Shown: positions 19,393 to 31,033 of the stretch, in pieces
Layout: every line of letters begins with the position of its first letter
How positions within the stretch are numbered: position 1 is the first letter of the stretch
Assembly: GCA_017882165.1 (NCBI GenBank)
Contig: JADGPZ010000002.1
Span: 14,142-78,141 of the forward strand
Length of the DNA: 64,000 bases
Source: Candidatus Kapaibacterium sp.
GTDB lineage: Bacteria; Bacteroidota; Ignavibacteria; Palsa-1295
Direction of reading: 5' to 3'
Program-made: the position numbers and the translations under genes
Notes under the pieces: generated by a model
The model's database searches: none
What the model was told of the DNA's origin: nothing
Seen by the model: the letters and a program-made list of their open reading frames with translations, nothing else

Positions 19393-19929
19393 ATGCCAAC
19401 CACACCGAATCTATTCCTCCTTGGCGCGCTCTGCGCGGTCACATTCTGGGGCTGCTCTTCCTCGAAGGGCGATCTGCCGGTCGTCAAGTCGGTCGATCTC
19501 CAAAAATACTCTGGCACCTGGTACGAGATCATGCGGATGCCGAGCAGCTTCGAGTCGGGGCTGACGTGCGTGACTGCAAACTACTCGATCAAGGAGAATG
19601 GCGACATCAAAGTTGTGAATTCAGGGCATAAGATCACGGGCCCCGAAACGATCAAGACGGCAACCGGCACGGCCTGGATTCCCGAAGCCTCGGAGCCAAC
19701 AAAGCTCAAGGTCCGATTCTTCTGGCCGTTCTCCGGAAACTACTGGATCATCGCACTCGACCCCGATTACAGATTCGTGATGATCGGCGAACCGTCGAGA
19801 GATTATCTCTGGATACTCAGTCGCGAAAAATCACTTCCGGAGGCAGCGATCAACACGTTGCTCGCGCAAGCGAAGTCACAAGGCTTCGATACCGCGAAGC
19901 TCGAGCGGGTCGCGCAGGACTGCAAGTAA
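19393..19929 (+). CDS. blc: Bacterial lipocalin Blc (outer-membrane lipoprotein)
   Basis: Lipoprotein signal with lipobox (LGALCAVTFWGC-SSS). Lipocalin SCR motifs are present (GTWYEIMRMP, TCVTANY, YWIIALDPDY, YLWILSR). Confidence 0.8.
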   Translation: MPTTPNLFLLGALCAVTFWGCSSSKGDLPVVKSVDLQKYSGTWYEIMRMPSSFESGLTCVTANYSIKENGDIKVVNSGHKITGPETIKTATGTAWIPEASEPTKLKVRFFWPFSGNYWIIALDPDYRFVMIGEPSRDYLWILSREKSLPEAAINTLLAQAKSQGFDTAKLERVAQDCK

Positions 19930-19935
19930 CAGGCC

Positions 19936-21816
19936 TCAGAGATCCCCCAGCTCGGTCCAGCGTTCGAGGGCTTTGTCGAGTCGGGTGTTCAAGTCCGTCA
20001 ACTCCGTGAAGAGCTTGCTTGTGGCTTCGTAGTCGGCGCCCATAGTGCCGAGCGCGGCTTCAATTTCGATCTTCCGCTTTTCGTCCGCAGCGATAGCTTT
20101 TTCCAGAGCGTCGAATTCCTTCTGTTCTTTAAAGCTAAGCTTCTTCGGCTTTGACGATGTTGCCGGCGCAGGTTTTGCGGATTTCTTTGGGGCTTCGAGC
20201 GCCAATCGCTCGCGCGTCTCGCGGTCCCGGATTTCTAAGAACGCGCTGTAATTGCCGGGATACTCGCGGATGTGGCCATCACCTTCAAAACGCAACACGC
20301 GATCGACGACGCGATCGAGAAAGTAGCGATCATGGCTCACCGCGATCACACTGCCAGCGAAGGAATCCAGATATTCTTCCAGTGCGACGAGCGTCGGAAT
20401 ATCAAGATCGTTGGTTGGCTCATCGAGCAGGAGAACATTCGGCGCTTCCATGAGCAGGCGAAGCAGATAGAGACGGCGGCGCTCGCCACCGGAAAGCTTC
20501 GAGATCGGCGCAAACTGCATCGCGGGCGGGAAGAGGAACCGCTCGGCCATCTGACTCGCGCTGATCGTCATCCCGTCGGCTGTTGCTAGGTTCTCGCCAG
20601 CCTCTTTGACGTAATCGATCAGTCGCTGATTCTCGGTCATGCGACGATTCTCCTGATCGTAGTATCCGATATGCACGGTCGTGCCGAGACTGATCCTTCC
20701 CGCATCGGGCTTGATGCGCTCGACGATCATGTCGAGTAGCGTCGTCTTGCCTGTGCCGTTCGGACCGATGATGCCAATGCGGTCGCCGCGCTGAAGAATG
20801 AACGTGAAATCCTTGACGAGGACGAGATCGTCGTAACGCTTCGAGACCTTCTCGAACTCAATGACCTTCGTGCCGAGCCTGCGGCCAACGGCGCCGATCT
20901 CGATCTCCTGCCGTGGTTTCTCGCGCGGGGCGGAGAGCATCTCTTCGGCGCGGTCCACGCGGGCCTTCTGCTTTGTGCTGCGCGCCTTCGCGCCGCGCCG
21001 CAGCCAGGCAAGCTCCTGCTTCATGAGTTGCTTGCGCTTTTCGTACTCGACTTCGCGGCGCGATTCCTGATCGGCTTTCTTTTCCAGGTAATAGGAGTAG
21101 TTACCGGAGAAGGTTTGCGTCGTGCCGCGATCGATTTCGACGATGCGGTTCGTGACGCGGTCGAGGAAATACCGGTCGTGCGTGACGAGAAACAGCGCAC
21201 CGGAATAGCGTGCCAGATAATCCTCCAGCCACTGGATCGTCTCTGCGTCGAGATGATTGGTCGGCTCGTCGAGGATGAGCAGATCCGGACGGACGATGAG
21301 CGCGTGTGCCAGCGCGACTCGCTTCCGCTGTCCGCCGGAGAGTGTGCCGACGATCTGCTCCGTATCGGTGATGCCAAGTTGCGAAAGAATCGCCTTGGCG
21401 TTCGCTTCCAACTCCCACGCACCGGCGGCATCAAGTTGATGCGCGAGATCGGTCATGCGCGTCAGCAGCTTCGCATTCGAGTGATCGTGTGCGACAGCCG
21501 CGCACGCCGCTTCGTAATCGTGAATGAGTTGCATGGTCGCGCTGCTTTTGGAAAATAGCGCATCAAGAACGGATAGCTTTGGGTCGAACTTCGGCTCCTG
21601 TGGCAGATAGCCGATCTGCGCGCCTTCGGCAACGACGATTTCCCCGGTGTCGGACGCCAGTTCGCCAGCCAGAATACGGATGAGCGTCGTTTTGCCGGAG
21701 CCATTGACACCGATCAGCCCGACGCGGTCGGTCCAATCAATGCCAAAGGTGACCGCAGAGAAGAGCGGCTTGTTGCGGAAGTCTTTACTAAGGTTGAGGG
21801 CGGTGAGGACGGGCAT
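19936..21816 (-). CDS. ABC-F family ATPase (two tandem ABC domains, no TM domain; Uup/EttA-like)
   Basis: Two Walker A sites (GVNGSGKTT, GPNGTGKTT), two signatures (LSGGQRKR, LSGGERRR), and a C-terminal coiled-coil/basic tail. The start is assigned to MPVLTALNLSKDF. Confidence 0.85.
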   Translation of the reverse strand: MPVLTALNLSKDFRNKPLFSAVTFGIDWTDRVGLIGVNGSGKTTLIRILAGELASDTGEIVVAEGAQIGYLPQEPKFDPKLSVLDALFSKSSATMQLIHDYEAACAAVAHDHSNAKLLTRMTDLAHQLDAAGAWELEANAKAILSQLGITDTEQIVGTLSGGQRKRVALAHALIVRPDLLILDEPTNHLDAETIQWLEDYLARYSGALFLVTHDRYFLDRVTNRIVEIDRGTTQTFSGNYSYYLEKKADQESRREVEYEKRKQLMKQELAWLRRGAKARSTKQKARVDRAEEMLSAPREKPRQEIEIGAVGRRLGTKVIEFEKVSKRYDDLVLVKDFTFILQRGDRIGIIGPNGTGKTTLLDMIVERIKPDAGRISLGTTVHIGYYDQENRRMTENQRLIDYVKEAGENLATADGMTISASQMAERFLFPPAMQFAPISKLSGGERRRLYLLRLLMEAPNVLLLDEPTNDLDIPTLVALEEYLDSFAGSVIAVSHDRYFLDRVVDRVLRFEGDGHIREYPGNYSAFLEIRDRETRERLALEAPKKSAKPAPATSSKPKKLSFKEQKEFDALEKAIAADEKRKIEIEAALGTMGADYEATSKLFTELTDLNTRLDKALERWTELGDL

Positions 21817-22000
21817 GGAGAGATAATGTGTTGAGTGCAAACCACGCAATCGCTCTCATAGCTCCGCCCCGCGCGACATATCGAGGTCGATGCTGCTCGC
21901 AAGCGTCATGTTGTATTTGGAAGGGCCGGCCTGAAAATGTATTATTTTTGTATGCGGTTCTCACCGGTTCTCATTGACAATCTTTCCAAATGATAAACTT

Positions 22001-22783
22001 ATGAAGCTCACATTCAGTATCTCCATAGCTCTTGCCTTCGTGCTCTCCACTTCGGTCTCCGCTCAGACGCGCGGCGTCGGCGCAGGTGGCCTCGTCCTTG
22101 ACGATTACACCGGTCATACGATCACGGCGCAAACGCCGCAAAACCCATCGGCGGAATGGACCGCCTGGCAAACATCTGGCCTCACGAACCTGACCTGGTA
22201 CGTACCCACGCCTCCCGCAAGCGGCGCGCAGGCGGGATTCGTATTTTCCGGGCCGCTCACCGGAACTGTCGTTCCTCAACTTGCCTATTGGGTGCCGCCC
22301 GGGCAGGCGGGTTTCCATAACAATGGTGGTTATGCTGGCGCGTGGGACTACGCGACCGAATCGCAGCTTGGCATCGGCGGCGGCGGTGGATTTACACCGT
22401 CATACCTGAACGCATACGCCAGTGCATCTCAGACCGTGGCGATAAGCGCGGCAGTGGTTTTTGCTTCGATTCCGTTTAGCGCTGGCTTCACCACGACATC
22501 CACCACATTTACGGTCACTGCGACTGGTATCTATAACGTGGAGTTTACGGTCACACCAGTCGGAGTTTCTGACTTCGCGATCACTGTGAATGGCACCGTC
22601 GCACCAAATTGTGCATTTGGCTGTGCCACCGGAACAACCGTGATCCATGGCAACGCGATCCTGTCACTCACGGCGGGTGATGTGCTCCAGCTGATAAACA
22701 ACAACTCCCCGGCTGCTGTCACCTTGACCCCTGAAGTTGCCGCATCAACATCGGCATCCATTACTGCTATACGAATCCAATAG
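22001..22783 (+). CDS. Secreted hypothetical protein, Gly/Ala/Thr-rich
   Basis: Signal peptide MKLTFSISIALAFVLSTSVSA-Q. The composition is low-complexity with no catalytic motifs. The C-terminal ~90 aa are beta-rich, possibly a jelly-roll (C1q/BclA-like) fold, which is speculative. Confidence 0.45.
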   Translation: MKLTFSISIALAFVLSTSVSAQTRGVGAGGLVLDDYTGHTITAQTPQNPSAEWTAWQTSGLTNLTWYVPTPPASGAQAGFVFSGPLTGTVVPQLAYWVPPGQAGFHNNGGYAGAWDYATESQLGIGGGGGFTPSYLNAYASASQTVAISAAVVFASIPFSAGFTTTSTTFTVTATGIYNVEFTVTPVGVSDFAITVNGTVAPNCAFGCATGTTVIHGNAILSLTAGDVLQLINNNSPAAVTLTPEVAASTSASITAIRIQ

Positions 22784-22952
22784 TTGCGGTTGATTTCGGA
22801 GCCGATCTGTGGTCATTCCACTCCGACTCCAAATGCCTTTTGTTCGGTTTTTGAAGCCCTGCCGATTCGGCGGGGCTTTCTGTTAGCAGTTGCGTTATCA
22901 GTCGCGTGTTCGTTACGGATTGTCTGAACCCGGATAGCTGGCGGTGTACGGA

Positions 22953-22999
22953 CGAATTCCAATTCGCCCGCCCTTCCTGAACCGGCGAATTGGAATTCG
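22953..22999. repeat. Perfect 16-bp inverted repeat CGAATTCCAATTCGCC-n15-GGCGAATTGGAATTCG upstream of a hypothetical gene
   Basis: Seen directly. The arms are exact reverse complements. It lies ~75 bp upstream of the ATG at 23073 and ~170 bp downstream of the preceding gene. Confidence 0.6.
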
Positions 23000-23072
23000 C
23001 CGGTACATGGCCGGTTCGTCGTATATTGTCCATGCTGTAATGGGCACCTATCTAATTACCGGGGAGAAACAC

Positions 23073-23915
23073 ATGGAAAATACCGCAATCACAACCACCC
23101 GTTCCATCCGCGCAAACGACATTTTTGGATTGCCACCGGAGCCGAAGCGGGAGGAATTATGCAAGTATCAGGGCGATTTTGGCGAGCTGCACGGCATCTT
23201 CAGCAACACGATCACGATCGCCTTGAGCCGCGATTTGCAGAAAAACGTGATGCTTGCCAATGCGGTCGCACTGCACCTGGCAATGAAATATCCCGATCGG
23301 AACGTGCTGCTCGTCAATACCTACGCGGGCACCGAGATGATGCAGCGGACGCTGGCCGATGCCGCGTACCGGGAGCTTATCAATTCCGGCAGGAAGGCAC
23401 CGACAACATTTCGAGAGTTTCTTCCGAAAGCCCTCGATGAGTATTTTGACGAACAGAGCACGTTCGAATTTCCGGAAAATCTTCGCGTCCTGAACGCGCC
23501 GACGGGCACGCTTACGGCGGCAAATTTGGCATCGGAAATCGAAGAATGTCATGCCGACACCCTGATTCTGAATTCGTTCGAGTTTTCCGCGTGGTCTATT
23601 TTCCTGAGAGCGCAGTTTGCACAGGGGTTGGTCGGGTTGCAGAAGCGGCTGCAACTGACGGTCGTTGTATTCTCGCATGAGTTGCGGTCGAACGTCGGCA
23701 GTTTTCGCGCAGGACGTGGGCCACTCGGTTTGCTTGCTGCATATGCCTATTCGGTGTGGCACGCTGTATCTTTCGAAGAGACACAACGGCTAAATCGTTC
23801 CGGAAACCGCACTGTTCATGAAAAACAAACTCAAATGCGAAAGCCGAACCAAGAGAGTAGCATCCCTTACGAATGCGATTTTTCGAACGCTGCCGGGATC
23901 GCCTACGAGGAGTAG
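23073..23915 (+). CDS. Hypothetical protein, possible degenerate RecA/KaiC/DnaB-like ATPase fold lacking a Walker A motif
   Basis: A good RBS (GGGGAG) precedes the ATG. Alternating hydrophobic beta-strand / helix pattern with Walker-B-like hhhhNS/DT motifs (LLVNTYAG, LILNSFEF, LTVVVFSHE) but no GxxGxGK[ST]. The fold call is speculative. Confidence 0.45.
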   Translation: MENTAITTTRSIRANDIFGLPPEPKREELCKYQGDFGELHGIFSNTITIALSRDLQKNVMLANAVALHLAMKYPDRNVLLVNTYAGTEMMQRTLADAAYRELINSGRKAPTTFREFLPKALDEYFDEQSTFEFPENLRVLNAPTGTLTAANLASEIEECHADTLILNSFEFSAWSIFLRAQFAQGLVGLQKRLQLTVVVFSHELRSNVGSFRAGRGPLGLLAAYAYSVWHAVSFEETQRLNRSGNRTVHEKQTQMRKPNQESSIPYECDFSNAAGIAYEE

Positions 23916-24130
23916 GAGCGAAATCTTGGTCTCCGGCGCCGCCGGCCAGAGAATATTCCACAGACTCCGCATCAAAATGGATGGACAGCGATGCCAGCGC
24001 CGGTTTTTGAGGCACCGATCGAGCCTCCGAAGCCGAAGAAAGACTTCTTTTTTTAGCCAGAATCGCCATTCAGACATTGGTATCAGGGTTCTGACGTTGA
24101 TTCTTGCGTATATTTGTACGAAAAACTTAA

Positions 24131-25747
<1,617 letters not shown>

Positions 25748-26028
25748 CTTTCCGGTGTGTGAATTCTGGAACTACGAGTCTCGTCTCATCGGTTCGGGAT
25801 GCATCGCGTTTTGGTCCGGCGACTTTGTGAAGTATCGTTGTCGGCGTCGCCTTGTTTTTGGATTGTTATCTTCTTTTTTTCTTCTTTTTTCATAATGTTC
25901 CGCTGGTAACGGGACATTTGGGGCGTGAGAGGTTTACGCTCGTAACAACGGAGGTGCCGGTGGACAGCATTAAGCGAAGTGAATTGCTACACTTCAGCCA
26001 TGTTGCGTCGCGGGACGAAGTTTTGACT

Positions 26029-26547
26029 ATGACCTCGGAGAAACGTGCCGAGGTGGTCGAGAACGCCCTGACTACGCTCTACAAGCTGAAAGCAAAGTCG
26101 GAACGGGACGAGTTGCTCGCCCTCGTTCAGACCGTCATGCGCGTCGATTCTGAAGTGAGCACACTGTTCACCGAAACGTCCTATGTCATTTGCAACAAGC
26201 ACCTCGTGATCACGCTGGTCAACGAACACTTCCTGAAGCGATCGGGCGTTGAGCGCGTTGAGATTCTCGGCAAATCGCTTTATTTCGAGCGTGAGTATGA
26301 AGGCACCCAGATCGAGCAACTCTATAGTATGGTTATGGAGACCCGGCTTGTCGGCGACGCCCTTGTGCGATACACGATGCAGAGTATTGGCGGCAAGGTC
26401 TTCGACGGCTGGTTTGTGATTGTTGTCATTCCTCTCGAAGATGGCGGCATCGGCGTCCTGAGTCGGTTCTCCAAAAACAAGGATGAAATCCTTGGCGATA
26501 TTGATCCCACTTATCCCGATGGTCCTCGGTATATCGTCCTGACCTGA
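26029..26547 (+). CDS. Hypothetical protein (~170 aa) immediately upstream of the dcw cluster promoter
   Basis: ORF with coding-like composition and no recognisable motif. The start is assigned to MTSEKRAEVV, and the longer T-rich 5' extension is unlikely to be coding. Confidence 0.35.
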   Translation: MTSEKRAEVVENALTTLYKLKAKSERDELLALVQTVMRVDSEVSTLFTETSYVICNKHLVITLVNEHFLKRSGVERVEILGKSLYFEREYEGTQIEQLYSMVMETRLVGDALVRYTMQSIGGKVFDGWFVIVVIPLEDGGIGVLSRFSKNKDEILGDIDPTYPDGPRYIVLT

Positions 26548-26661
26548 GCGTCCGCCCAAGCCGGTCGCTTTCTTTGAGAATAGAGATATTTTCTCTCTTT
26601 TGCGATTTTTATTCGCGAAAGTGATCGACTTTTCCCATTTTGTAGTTATATTTGTAGGAAA

Positions 26662-26687
26662 GTGGGGAAATGTGGGGTGAATTGGAG
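26662..26687 (+). promoter_or_regulatory. Putative MraZ operator: three direct GTGGG-type repeats with ~10-11-bp periodicity in the AT-rich mra promoter region
   Basis: GTGGGgaaatGTGGGgtgaatTGGAG located 17 bp upstream of the mraZ ATG. MraZ-binding repeats (GTGGG/TGGGN, 10-bp spacing) are established for Pmra in E. coli and B. subtilis. Confidence 0.5.
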
Positions 26688-26703
26688 TCACCCATAGAGT
26701 CGA

Positions 26704-27153
26704 ATGTCATCATTTAAAGGTAGCGATACATACACGGTCGATGCGAAAGGACGCGTCAGCATTCCGTCGAAGATGCGTAAGAACATCGAGCCGGAAGCGC
26801 GGCAGACCTTTGTCGTCACGCGCGGGCTGGAGAAATGCCTGCACGCGTATCCGCTCGACGAGTGGAAGCGGCTGGAAGCGGATATTCGCTCGTCAACGCA
26901 ATCGAGCGAGAAGGATCGCTTCTTCGTCCGGATGCTGATGCAGTGGAGCGAGGAAGTTCAGCTCGACTCGCAATTCCGTTTGCTCATACCTCGCTCGCTC
27001 ATGGATTTTGCGCAGATCAAGAAAGAAGTATTTTTCATCGGTGTGCTCGACCATATCGAACTTTGGGATCCGGGGAACTTCAAGCAGTATCTCGCTTCCA
27101 AGAAGGATACGTACGAAAAAGTAGCCGAGCATCTGATCGGTGGACAACGGTAG
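26704..27153 (+). CDS. mraZ: Transcriptional regulator MraZ
   Basis: Two tandem MraZ/SpoVT-AbrB-like domains with conserved DxxGR motifs (VDAKGRVSIP, LDSQFRLLIP). Confidence 0.9.
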   Translation: MSSFKGSDTYTVDAKGRVSIPSKMRKNIEPEARQTFVVTRGLEKCLHAYPLDEWKRLEADIRSSTQSSEKDRFFVRMLMQWSEEVQLDSQFRLLIPRSLMDFAQIKKEVFFIGVLDHIELWDPGNFKQYLASKKDTYEKVAEHLIGGQR

Positions 27154-28165
27154 CGGCAGTAGTTCATTGAAAACCGATCCGAAGCGTGACGACTCGAGCG
27201 TAGTAGGCGCATATCATACGCCTGTGATGCTCGAAGAATCGCTCGAGTGTCTTGCGTTGTGCGAGGATGGCATCTATGTGGATGCTACGCTCGGCGGCGG
27301 CGGATACGCGGAAGCGATCATCGAGCGCGCAAAGTCAGCGCGCGTGTTTGGCTTCGATACCGATCCTGCGGCGCAGCGATATGCGTCGAACCGCCTTGCG
27401 CGATTTGGCGAGAGATTCGTGCTCGTGCCGGAGAACTTTGCAAGCATCGCGGATGCACTGCGCGCGCGCGGCATCACTGCCGTAGATGGCATCGTCTTCG
27501 ATCTTGGAGTCAGCAGCCATCAACTCGATACCGACTCGATCGGGCTGAGCTACCGGATCGAAGCACCGCTCGATATGCGGCTCGATCCGAGGCTGAAGAA
27601 GTCGGCAGCAGAGGTTATTGCGAATTCAGACGAGTCGCAGCTCGCCCAGATTTTTCGAGCGTATGGCGAGGAGCGCTTTGCCGGACAGATTGCAAGGAAG
27701 ATCGTGCAGGCAAGAACGGAGGCTCGAATTGAGACCACGACTCAGCTCGCGAGCGTCATCACGAATGGCCTGCGGGAGGACAAGCGGAACGAGACGCTCT
27801 CGCGCATTTTCCAGGCGCTTCGGATCGAAGTGAACGATGAGCTTGGGAATTTACGCCAAGCGTTGGAGCAGGCGCCGGAGTTACTCCGCGATGGTGGCCG
27901 GATCGTCGTCGTGAGCTACCATTCGCTCGAGGATCGGATCGCGAAAGAGTTTTTTAGGAAAGAGAGCGCTCCCCGGTTCGAGCCGGGATCGCTCGGTGGA
28001 CTGAAGGAAGCGATCGATTTAGCGCGGGCGCGGCTGCGTCTGTTGACGCGGAAGCCGGTCGCTCCCTCGCGGGAGGAGGTCGAGAGAAATCCTCGCGCGC
28101 GGAGCGCACGGCTCAGAGCGGCCGAGCGCATTGCGCGAAGCATTGCACGAATCGACGAACAGTAG
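27140..28165 (+). CDS. rsmH: 16S rRNA (cytosine1402-N4)-methyltransferase RsmH (MraW)
   Basis: HTPVMLEESL, SAM-binding DATLGGGGYAEAI, and DLGVSSHQLD motifs. Confidence 0.9.
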   Translation: MDNGSGSSSLKTDPKRDDSSVVGAYHTPVMLEESLECLALCEDGIYVDATLGGGGYAEAIIERAKSARVFGFDTDPAAQRYASNRLARFGERFVLVPENFASIADALRARGITAVDGIVFDLGVSSHQLDTDSIGLSYRIEAPLDMRLDPRLKKSAAEVIANSDESQLAQIFRAYGEERFAGQIARKIVQARTEARIETTTQLASVITNGLREDKRNETLSRIFQALRIEVNDELGNLRQALEQAPELLRDGGRIVVVSYHSLEDRIAKEFFRKESAPRFEPGSLGGLKEAIDLARARLRLLTRKPVAPSREEVERNPRARSARLRAAERIARSIARIDEQ

Positions 28166-28173
28166 GCAAGATT

Positions 28174-28608
28174 ATGGCAACAATTGCAATTTCGGCAGGC
28201 ACGATGCGGCGTAACGCCGCGGTACAAGCGCCTACTCGCGGACTCATCGGTGTCACGAGCCGCGAGCCAGTGGCATACGTCGCGCCGGTTGCGGAGCCAC
28301 TTCCCCAGAAGCACGAGCCGAGTGAGATCGAGCGCGTCGTCAAAAAGATGCCGACGCTCTATGTCATCGTCTTCTTTGGCGTCGTGGTGAGTTGCGCGGT
28401 GCTCATCATTTGGAATACATTGCAGGTGAACCGCCTGACTGCGGAACGGACAAAACTTGACGAGCAGATTGCGCAGACGGAACAGAGAATGCTTCGGATG
28501 CGGGCGAACGAGATGCAGCTTTCGGCGCCGAGCCGTGTCGCGGAGATTGCTAAGACAAAGCTTGGCATGATCGAGGCGACTGGCGATGATTTCGTCATCG
28601 TCAAATAA
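28174..28608 (+). CDS. ftsL: Cell division protein FtsL-like (single TM + coiled coil)
   Basis: Position between rsmH and ftsI. Single TM (LYVIVFFGVVVSCAVLIIW) followed by a leucine-zipper-like helix. Confidence 0.6.
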   Translation: MATIAISAGTMRRNAAVQAPTRGLIGVTSREPVAYVAPVAEPLPQKHEPSEIERVVKKMPTLYVIVFFGVVVSCAVLIIWNTLQVNRLTAERTKLDEQIAQTEQRMLRMRANEMQLSAPSRVAEIAKTKLGMIEATGDDFVIVK

Positions 28609-28625
28609 GTGGGACGAATGAACGG

Positions 28626-31010
28626 ATGAGGTTTCGTGACCAGGACGAACTGTTTGGCGAGCCCGTGCTTCGTGCAGGGGTGGCCACGCCGCGCGCCGCT
28701 CCACGCCAGAATCCTGATGTTCGCTCGCAGGAACAACCGCGTCCATCAGCTCCGGTGTTTGGAGGAGCAAATGAGGATGTCCGCGGTACCCCGGTAGTCG
28801 AAGACGAGACTCGATCTGGAGCAGAGCCGCTATTGAAGCGATTCTTCGCAGCACCCAAACCCGCTAATGCCTTGACGAGCAATGGCCGTTTGTATACGGT
28901 ACTCATTTGCTTCCTGTTCGCGCTTGTCTTAGTTGTTGGCAAGCTCTTCAAACTTCAGGTGCTCGACCATGCTGCGTTTTCGCGCGAGGCTGCGGGGCAG
29001 TATAAGATGGTGTCAGCGATTCCGGCACGCCGCGGAGTTGTCCGCGATCGTCATGGGATGATCCTCGCGACGAATGCCTACGTTGTCAAATACGCGGTCG
29101 ACCCACGCGCGATCCAGCACAAGGAGCAGCTCGCAGCGCTCTTCTCCGAGGTGTTCGGTCGTCCGGTGAAGACGTATCTCGCACTGTTCAGCGATACGTC
29201 TCGGCGGTTTGTCGTCGTGGAAAAGGAAGTACCTCTCGAAGTTGCCGCGAGGCTCGATACCGTGAAAGACCACGGGCTAATTAGTTTGCGCGATTCACGC
29301 CGAAACTACGCATTTGGCGAGCGAGCCTCGCATGTGCTCGGCTTTGCCAGCAAGGATGGACGCGGGCTGGCCGGTATCGAACTGCTCGCGAACCGCGATC
29401 TCGCTGGCCGCGCGGGTACACAGATCATGCAGAAGGATGGGCACGGTGCGCTCCGGCCCGATGTGGACTATGAGAAGACGGCTGCTTTAGACGGAGAAAA
29501 CCTCACGCTCACAATCGACGAAGCGATTCAATCGGCCACTGAAACGGCGCTCAAGGCCGGAGTTGAAAAAGCGGGCGCGGAAGCGGGCATCGCGATTGTC
29601 CTGCGTCCTTCGACGGGTGAAATCCTTGCACTTGCAAACGTGCCGGATTTCGACCCGAACAAGTTTGGCATTGCAACAAACGACATGCTTCGCAATCGCG
29701 CGATCACGGATGCCTATGAGCCGGGTTCGACGATCAAAGTTCTGACTGCTTCGGCAGCACTCGAGGACGGCGTGTGGAAGCCGGACGACAAGATCGACGC
29801 CGAGCACGGCCATTGGGCGCCGGAGAAAGGCGTACACATTACGGACACGCATCCCTACGGGATTCTCACGTTTCGGCAGGCACTCGAGAAGTCGAGTAAT
29901 ATTTCTTTCGCCAAGATCTCGGACCGACTTGATCGCCGCCGTTTCTACAAATACTTGCGCGATTTCGGAATTGGCAATTACACCGGCATCGATCTTCCGG
30001 GCGAGGTCAAAGGCGTGCTGCACACGCCGGGAAACTGGCAAGCGAACTCGAAGCGATACATGGCCTTCGGCTACGAGATGACAGCTACACCGATGCAGAT
30101 GGCCGTGGCCTATGCGACCGTGGCGAATTTCGGTCTCATGATGAAGCCCTACATCATCGCTCGGCGCGACGGCCCGAATGGACCCATCGAGACGCAGCCG
30201 CAGGAAATTCGGCGTGTCATCAGCGAGCAAACGTGCCGGACGCTGATTAGTATCATGGAAGGTGTCGTCGATTCCGGAACGGCAACGCTCGCGCAGATCA
30301 AGGGTGTGCGCATCGCAGGCAAGACAGGCACGGCACAGCAGCTCGTCGATGGCCATTGGTCGAAGGAGCATTACACTTCCAGCTTTACAGGCTTTTTCCC
30401 GGCGCGAAAACCGGAGTATTTGATCAGCGTTATCCTTCGCTCACCGCATAATGGCTATTACGGCGGCACGGTCAGCGGGCCGATCTTTCGGGAGATCGCG
30501 ATGCGCATCATGGATATGAACGGCACTCTTCCGGCTGAGGCGCGGACGCAGATGAAGCAAGAGAAGCCGGCCGTCGATGAAGGCGTCGTCGATATCGACG
30601 GTATGTTGCTCACGACGCGATCGGAGCAGAGGCAGATGCCGAACGTGCTCGGCCTTTCGGTCGAGCAGGGGCGCTCAGTGCTGGCAAGCCAGGGGTTCGT
30701 CGTCCGTGGAGCATTGGCGAAGGATGCTCAGGACGGCATCATCGACAATGTCGAAAAGTGTGGTGGGGATACTGTTCGCTTCCAAATCGTACATCCTGAC
30801 GCGAGACAAGAAGATCGCGCCGTCGCAATGCCCGCGCTAGTGGGCCTTCCGATGACGCGCGCGATCAAATACGCATCGGCAAAGGGATTGCGCGTGCATG
30901 CCAATGGCCAGGGGACTGTCACAAGACAGGAACCGAATCCAGGGGCGTTGCTCGGTATGGAGGCGACCGGCGGTAGCCCGACCGTTACGCTCTTCGGCGA
31001 AGAACAATAA
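28626..31010 (+). CDS. ftsI: Peptidoglycan D,D-transpeptidase FtsI (class B PBP) with two C-terminal PASTA-like domains
   Basis: TM anchor, SxxK (STIK), SxN (SSN) and KTGT motifs. The C-terminal ~150 aa form two PASTA-like repeats. The N-terminal ~70-aa basic/proline-rich extension is uncertain. Confidence 0.85.
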   Translation: MRFRDQDELFGEPVLRAGVATPRAAPRQNPDVRSQEQPRPSAPVFGGANEDVRGTPVVEDETRSGAEPLLKRFFAAPKPANALTSNGRLYTVLICFLFALVLVVGKLFKLQVLDHAAFSREAAGQYKMVSAIPARRGVVRDRHGMILATNAYVVKYAVDPRAIQHKEQLAALFSEVFGRPVKTYLALFSDTSRRFVVVEKEVPLEVAARLDTVKDHGLISLRDSRRNYAFGERASHVLGFASKDGRGLAGIELLANRDLAGRAGTQIMQKDGHGALRPDVDYEKTAALDGENLTLTIDEAIQSATETALKAGVEKAGAEAGIAIVLRPSTGEILALANVPDFDPNKFGIATNDMLRNRAITDAYEPGSTIKVLTASAALEDGVWKPDDKIDAEHGHWAPEKGVHITDTHPYGILTFRQALEKSSNISFAKISDRLDRRRFYKYLRDFGIGNYTGIDLPGEVKGVLHTPGNWQANSKRYMAFGYEMTATPMQMAVAYATVANFGLMMKPYIIARRDGPNGPIETQPQEIRRVISEQTCRTLISIMEGVVDSGTATLAQIKGVRIAGKTGTAQQLVDGHWSKEHYTSSFTGFFPARKPEYLISVILRSPHNGYYGGTVSGPIFREIAMRIMDMNGTLPAEARTQMKQEKPAVDEGVVDIDGMLLTTRSEQRQMPNVLGLSVEQGRSVLASQGFVVRGALAKDAQDGIIDNVEKCGGDTVRFQIVHPDARQEDRAVAMPALVGLPMTRAIKYASAKGLRVHANGQGTVTRQEPNPGALLGMEATGGSPTVTLFGEEQ

Positions 31011-31033
31011 GCACAAACGAATGTTGAATACTG

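Noticed and set aside
21849-22000. Possible mobile-element remnant or transposase anywhere in the window
   Set aside because: No DDE/HUH transposase, integrase or recombinase motifs were found in any frame. The repeats present are short structured palindromes, not IS termini.
25852-26028. N-terminal extension (MFLDCYLLFFFFFHN...) of the hypothetical gene before mraZ
   Set aside because: It is translated from a poly-T/poly-C tract in the intergenic region. It is unlikely to be coding, so the start was moved to 26029.
29487-30371. 294-aa ORF on the - strand, plus the 33728-34540 (-) 270-aa ORF
   Set aside because: Antisense to ftsI and murF respectively, both of which have strong catalytic motifs.
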